From Candidatus Uhrbacteria bacterium (GTDB lineage: Bacteria; Patescibacteriota; Patescibacteriia; 2-12-FULL-60-25): a DNA stretch of 64,000 bases. A model generated the notes under the pieces. That model was given only the letters and a program-made list of their open reading frames with translations. It was not told the origin of the DNA and ran no database searches. A program made the translations under genes and the position numbers. The DNA lies in contig JBAXJG010000002.1 in NCBI GenBank assembly GCA_037137975.1, positions 40,524-104,523 of the forward strand. The letters run 5' to 3'. How positions within the stretch are numbered: the first letter of the stretch is position 1; the number at the start of each line of letters is the position of its first letter. Shown in pieces: positions 62,024 to 64,000 of this stretch.

Positions 62024-62074
62024 AAGGAAAGGAGAAGAAGGAAAGGAGAAGCTAGAAGTTAGAAGTTAGAAGTT
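62024..62074. repeat. 7-nt-periodic purine-rich tandem repeats (pyrimidine-rich on the rodA-leader strand)
   Basis: AAGGAAAGGAGAAG x2 (62024-62051), then AGAAGTT x3 (62054-62074) spanning the stop of the upstream minus-strand gene. Confidence 0.9.
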
Positions 62075-62961
62075 GGGAGGAAGGAGGATGGGTTGAGAAT
62101 ATTCACATTAGCCTGGATATCGGTTTTGCTGACGCCGCCTAAATTATCAAACCAGTTAATGCTGATTGGGGTGCGTTGACCGGGCTTGATCTCTGTCTGT
62201 GAAATCGTAGTGACGCCGACAGGGGTGGTGCCACGGAACAGAAGAACGGTGAGATCGATATTCCAGTAACCGTAGGCGCTTTCATTTACGAAATCGAACG
62301 TGGTTTGTCCGACAGTATTTGTACCGAACATAAGATCGTGGGCGTAGGCGACGTTTTCGAATGCGAATTGAGTTCGTGCATTGGCAAAATCAGCGTAATT
62401 ACTCCCGACTATTTTTGGGTCGGTTCGATGCCAGCGGATGTTGTCGACAACAAGCCGTGCCGTTCTTGAAGATGTTTTTGGCGAATAGCCGAGCTGCGTG
62501 AGGTAGCGTTGACTTTTTGGAAGAATATAGCCACGGGTCACAGGGGTCATTTCACCAGCAACGTCAAAGCGATAATCGAATTCCGCCCACCACATGATGT
62601 TTGGATTTGAGAGTTCTACTAGGTAGTCCTGATGATTATCGAGAGTATCAAAAACGGAAGTTTCACTAGGTTGAATGGCTTTTGGAGCTGAGGCGGCCAA
62701 TCCTTGAACGGAAAGCTGATTTTGAATGATATGCGTGAGAACGCGGCTTTCGCGTGGATAAGAGATGGCATAGGCATCTAATAAAGACCATGCGACAAAA
62801 AGCCAACAGACAGCGGAGAAGGCGATTAAGCTTCCGTATCCGAGGCGTCGCCATAAAAGGCGATTTCGAACCCAAAAAGACGCGAGCTCTAATTGTTGAT
62901 CGGTCATCCCTGATCCGATGACGTGGTCTGCAGACATGGTGGTATTGTAACATGTCTTCAT
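62059..62961 (-). CDS. Membrane-anchored hypothetical protein
   Basis: 300-aa ORF with one TM helix (LIAFSAVCWLFVAWSLL) and a beta-rich extracytoplasmic domain, located upstream of ftsW/rodA. Confidence 0.45.
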   Translation of the reverse strand: MKTCYNTTMSADHVIGSGMTDQQLELASFWVRNRLLWRRLGYGSLIAFSAVCWLFVAWSLLDAYAISYPRESRVLTHIIQNQLSVQGLAASAPKAIQPSETSVFDTLDNHQDYLVELSNPNIMWWAEFDYRFDVAGEMTPVTRGYILPKSQRYLTQLGYSPKTSSRTARLVVDNIRWHRTDPKIVGSNYADFANARTQFAFENVAYAHDLMFGTNTVGQTTFDFVNESAYGYWNIDLTVLLFRGTTPVGVTTISQTEIKPGQRTPISINWFDNLGGVSKTDIQANVNILNPSSFLPTSNF

Positions 62962-62986
62962 TGTTGTTAGATTCTTGCCATTCCCT

Positions 62987-64000
62987 ATGGCAAAAAATGA
63001 CGAGAAAAAGAAGCAGGCTGGTGCGTACGGAGCTGAGCAGATCTCGGTTCTTGAAGGTCTTGAACCGGTACGTAAGCGTCCGGGTATGTATATTGGCTCT
63101 ACGGGGCCAGATGGATTATTTCATTTATTGCGCGAAGTTGCGGATAACTCTTTTGATGAAGCAATGGCTGGTCACGCAGATGAAATTATCGTGACGCTTT
63201 TGCCAGATGATAAGGTTTCGGTTTTTGATAATGGTCGTGGTATTCCAGTAGAAATTCACAAGCAATATAAAGTTTCTGCACTCGAACTTGTTCTCACGAA
63301 GCTGCATGCAGGTGGAAAATTTGGTGGTGATGAAAGTGGTTATAAAATTTCTGGTGGTTTGCACGGCGTGGGTGTGTCTGTTGTGAATGCGTTGTCTGAT
63401 GAGCTTGAAGTGACAGTTGAGCGTGATGGTGGAATGTGGAAGCAGACATATCATCGTGGAAAGCCAGCAGCTCCAGTGAAAAAAGTTGGAACGAGCAAAC
63501 GCCATGGAACCACGGTTCTGTTTCAGCCAGATAAATCCATTTTCACGGAAGGGACGAGATTCGATTTTCAACGCGTTTTAGATCATTATCGTCAGCAGTG
63601 CTATCTCACAAAGGGGATTAAGCTCGTGGCGATTGATGCACGCGAACCTGGCCAGCACGATGCATACGCCTTCTATTTTGAGGGAGGTGTTGCTTCGTAT
63701 GTACGTCATTTGAACCACAAGAAACAACCAAAGCACGAGAATATTTTCTTCGTAGAAAAGCAGGAGGGGAAATCTGAGGTTTCGATTGGATTGCAATATA
63801 CGGATGATTATCAGGAGACATTGTTTGCGTTTACGAATAATATTATTAACCCAGAAGGGGGTACGCACGTTCAGGGATTCCGTGCTGCCGTGACGCGTGT
63901 GTTGAATGCGTATGCTCGCACCAAGGGATATTTGAAAGAGAAGGATGACAACTTGTCTGGTGAAGATGTGCGCGAAGGAATGACCTGTGTCATCTCTATT
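62987..64000 (+). CDS. gyrB: DNA gyrase subunit B, N-terminal part (3' end outside window)
   Basis: Hand translation gives YGAEQISVLEGLEPVRKRPGMYIGSTG, EVADNSFDEAMAG, DNGRGIPVEIH, LHAGGKFGG..YKISGGLHGVGVSVVNALS. It is not in the ORF track because no stop occurs within the window. Confidence 0.95.
   Translation, partial: MAKNDEKKKQAGAYGAEQISVLEGLEPVRKRPGMYIGSTGPDGLFHLLREVADNSFDEAMAGHADEIIVTLLPDDKVSVFDNGRGIPVEIHKQYKVSALELVLTKLHAGGKFGGDESGYKISGGLHGVGVSVVNALSDELEVTVERDGGMWKQTYHRGKPAAPVKKVGTSKRHGTTVLFQPDKSIFTEGTRFDFQRVLDHYRQQCYLTKGIKLVAIDAREPGQHDAYAFYFEGGVASYVRHLNHKKQPKHENIFFVEKQEGKSEVSIGLQYTDDYQETLFAFTNNIINPEGGTHVQGFRAAVTRVLNAYARTKGYLKEKDDNLSGEDVREGMTCVISI

Noticed and set aside
63125-63868. Minus-strand ORFs 63125-63571, 63578-63868 and 63618-63821
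   Set aside because: They are antisense to the unmistakable gyrB reading frame, which is absent from the ORF track only because it runs off the window end.
1-64000. Search for mobile-element genes, integrases, toxin-antitoxin pairs, restriction-modification systems or known defence-system genes
   Set aside because: No transposase, integrase, recombinase, reverse transcriptase or recognisable defence or toxin domain was seen in any frame. YraN and the many methyltransferases sit in housekeeping or glycan contexts, not next to nucleases.

Overview
This is a densely coding bacterial chromosomal window with moderate to low GC, frequent GTG/TTG starts and 4-nt gene overlaps. Housekeeping genes sit at both edges. 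On the left are the secA 3' end, two NUDIX hydrolases, pgeF and yraN. On the right are a CDP-alcohol phosphatidyltransferase, a MurE-like ligase, ftsB-like, tRNA-Gly/tRNA-Thr, dinB, ftsW/rodA and the gyrB 5' end. Cell-envelope glycobiology dominates the middle. An ECF sigma factor and a DUF5667-type membrane protein precede a 1290-aa signal-peptide surface protein built from tandem beta-sandwich-like modules. That gene has strikingly optimised C-ending codon usage, a structured leader and a strong terminator. A Wzy_C (O-antigen-ligase-like)/TPR membrane protein follows it. Next comes a glycan locus of about 39 kb (16.0-55.2 kb). The locus holds eight GT4 genes (two are double-domain fusions), three GT2 polyprenyl-phosphate glycosyltransferase-like genes, several GT-C-like polytopic membrane proteins, Wzx, GtrA and a WbaP-like initiating phosphotransferase. 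It also holds two gmd paralogs, a DegT aminotransferase, a cupin, an AsnB-type amidotransferase, tandem UXS-like SDRs, a truncated-UGDH/SDR fusion and many SAM methyltransferases. The best system-level hypothesis is an S-layer-like protein with a dedicated O-linked protein glycosylation or secondary cell-wall glycan machinery, in an organism whose gene content resembles small-genome monoderm-like (Patescibacteria/CPR-like) bacteria; the taxon call is inference only. Other notable items are a GC-rich single-gene island encoding an exported 2H phosphoesterase, a roughly 140-nt four-way-junction structured element with CCUCC/GGAGG hairpins beside the tRNA pair, and a 54/55-nt identical tract shared by two otherwise diverged tandem paralogs. 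Imperfect heptanucleotide repeats also occur inside two glycosyltransferase genes. All functional calls rest on motif recognition by eye. No database search was possible.
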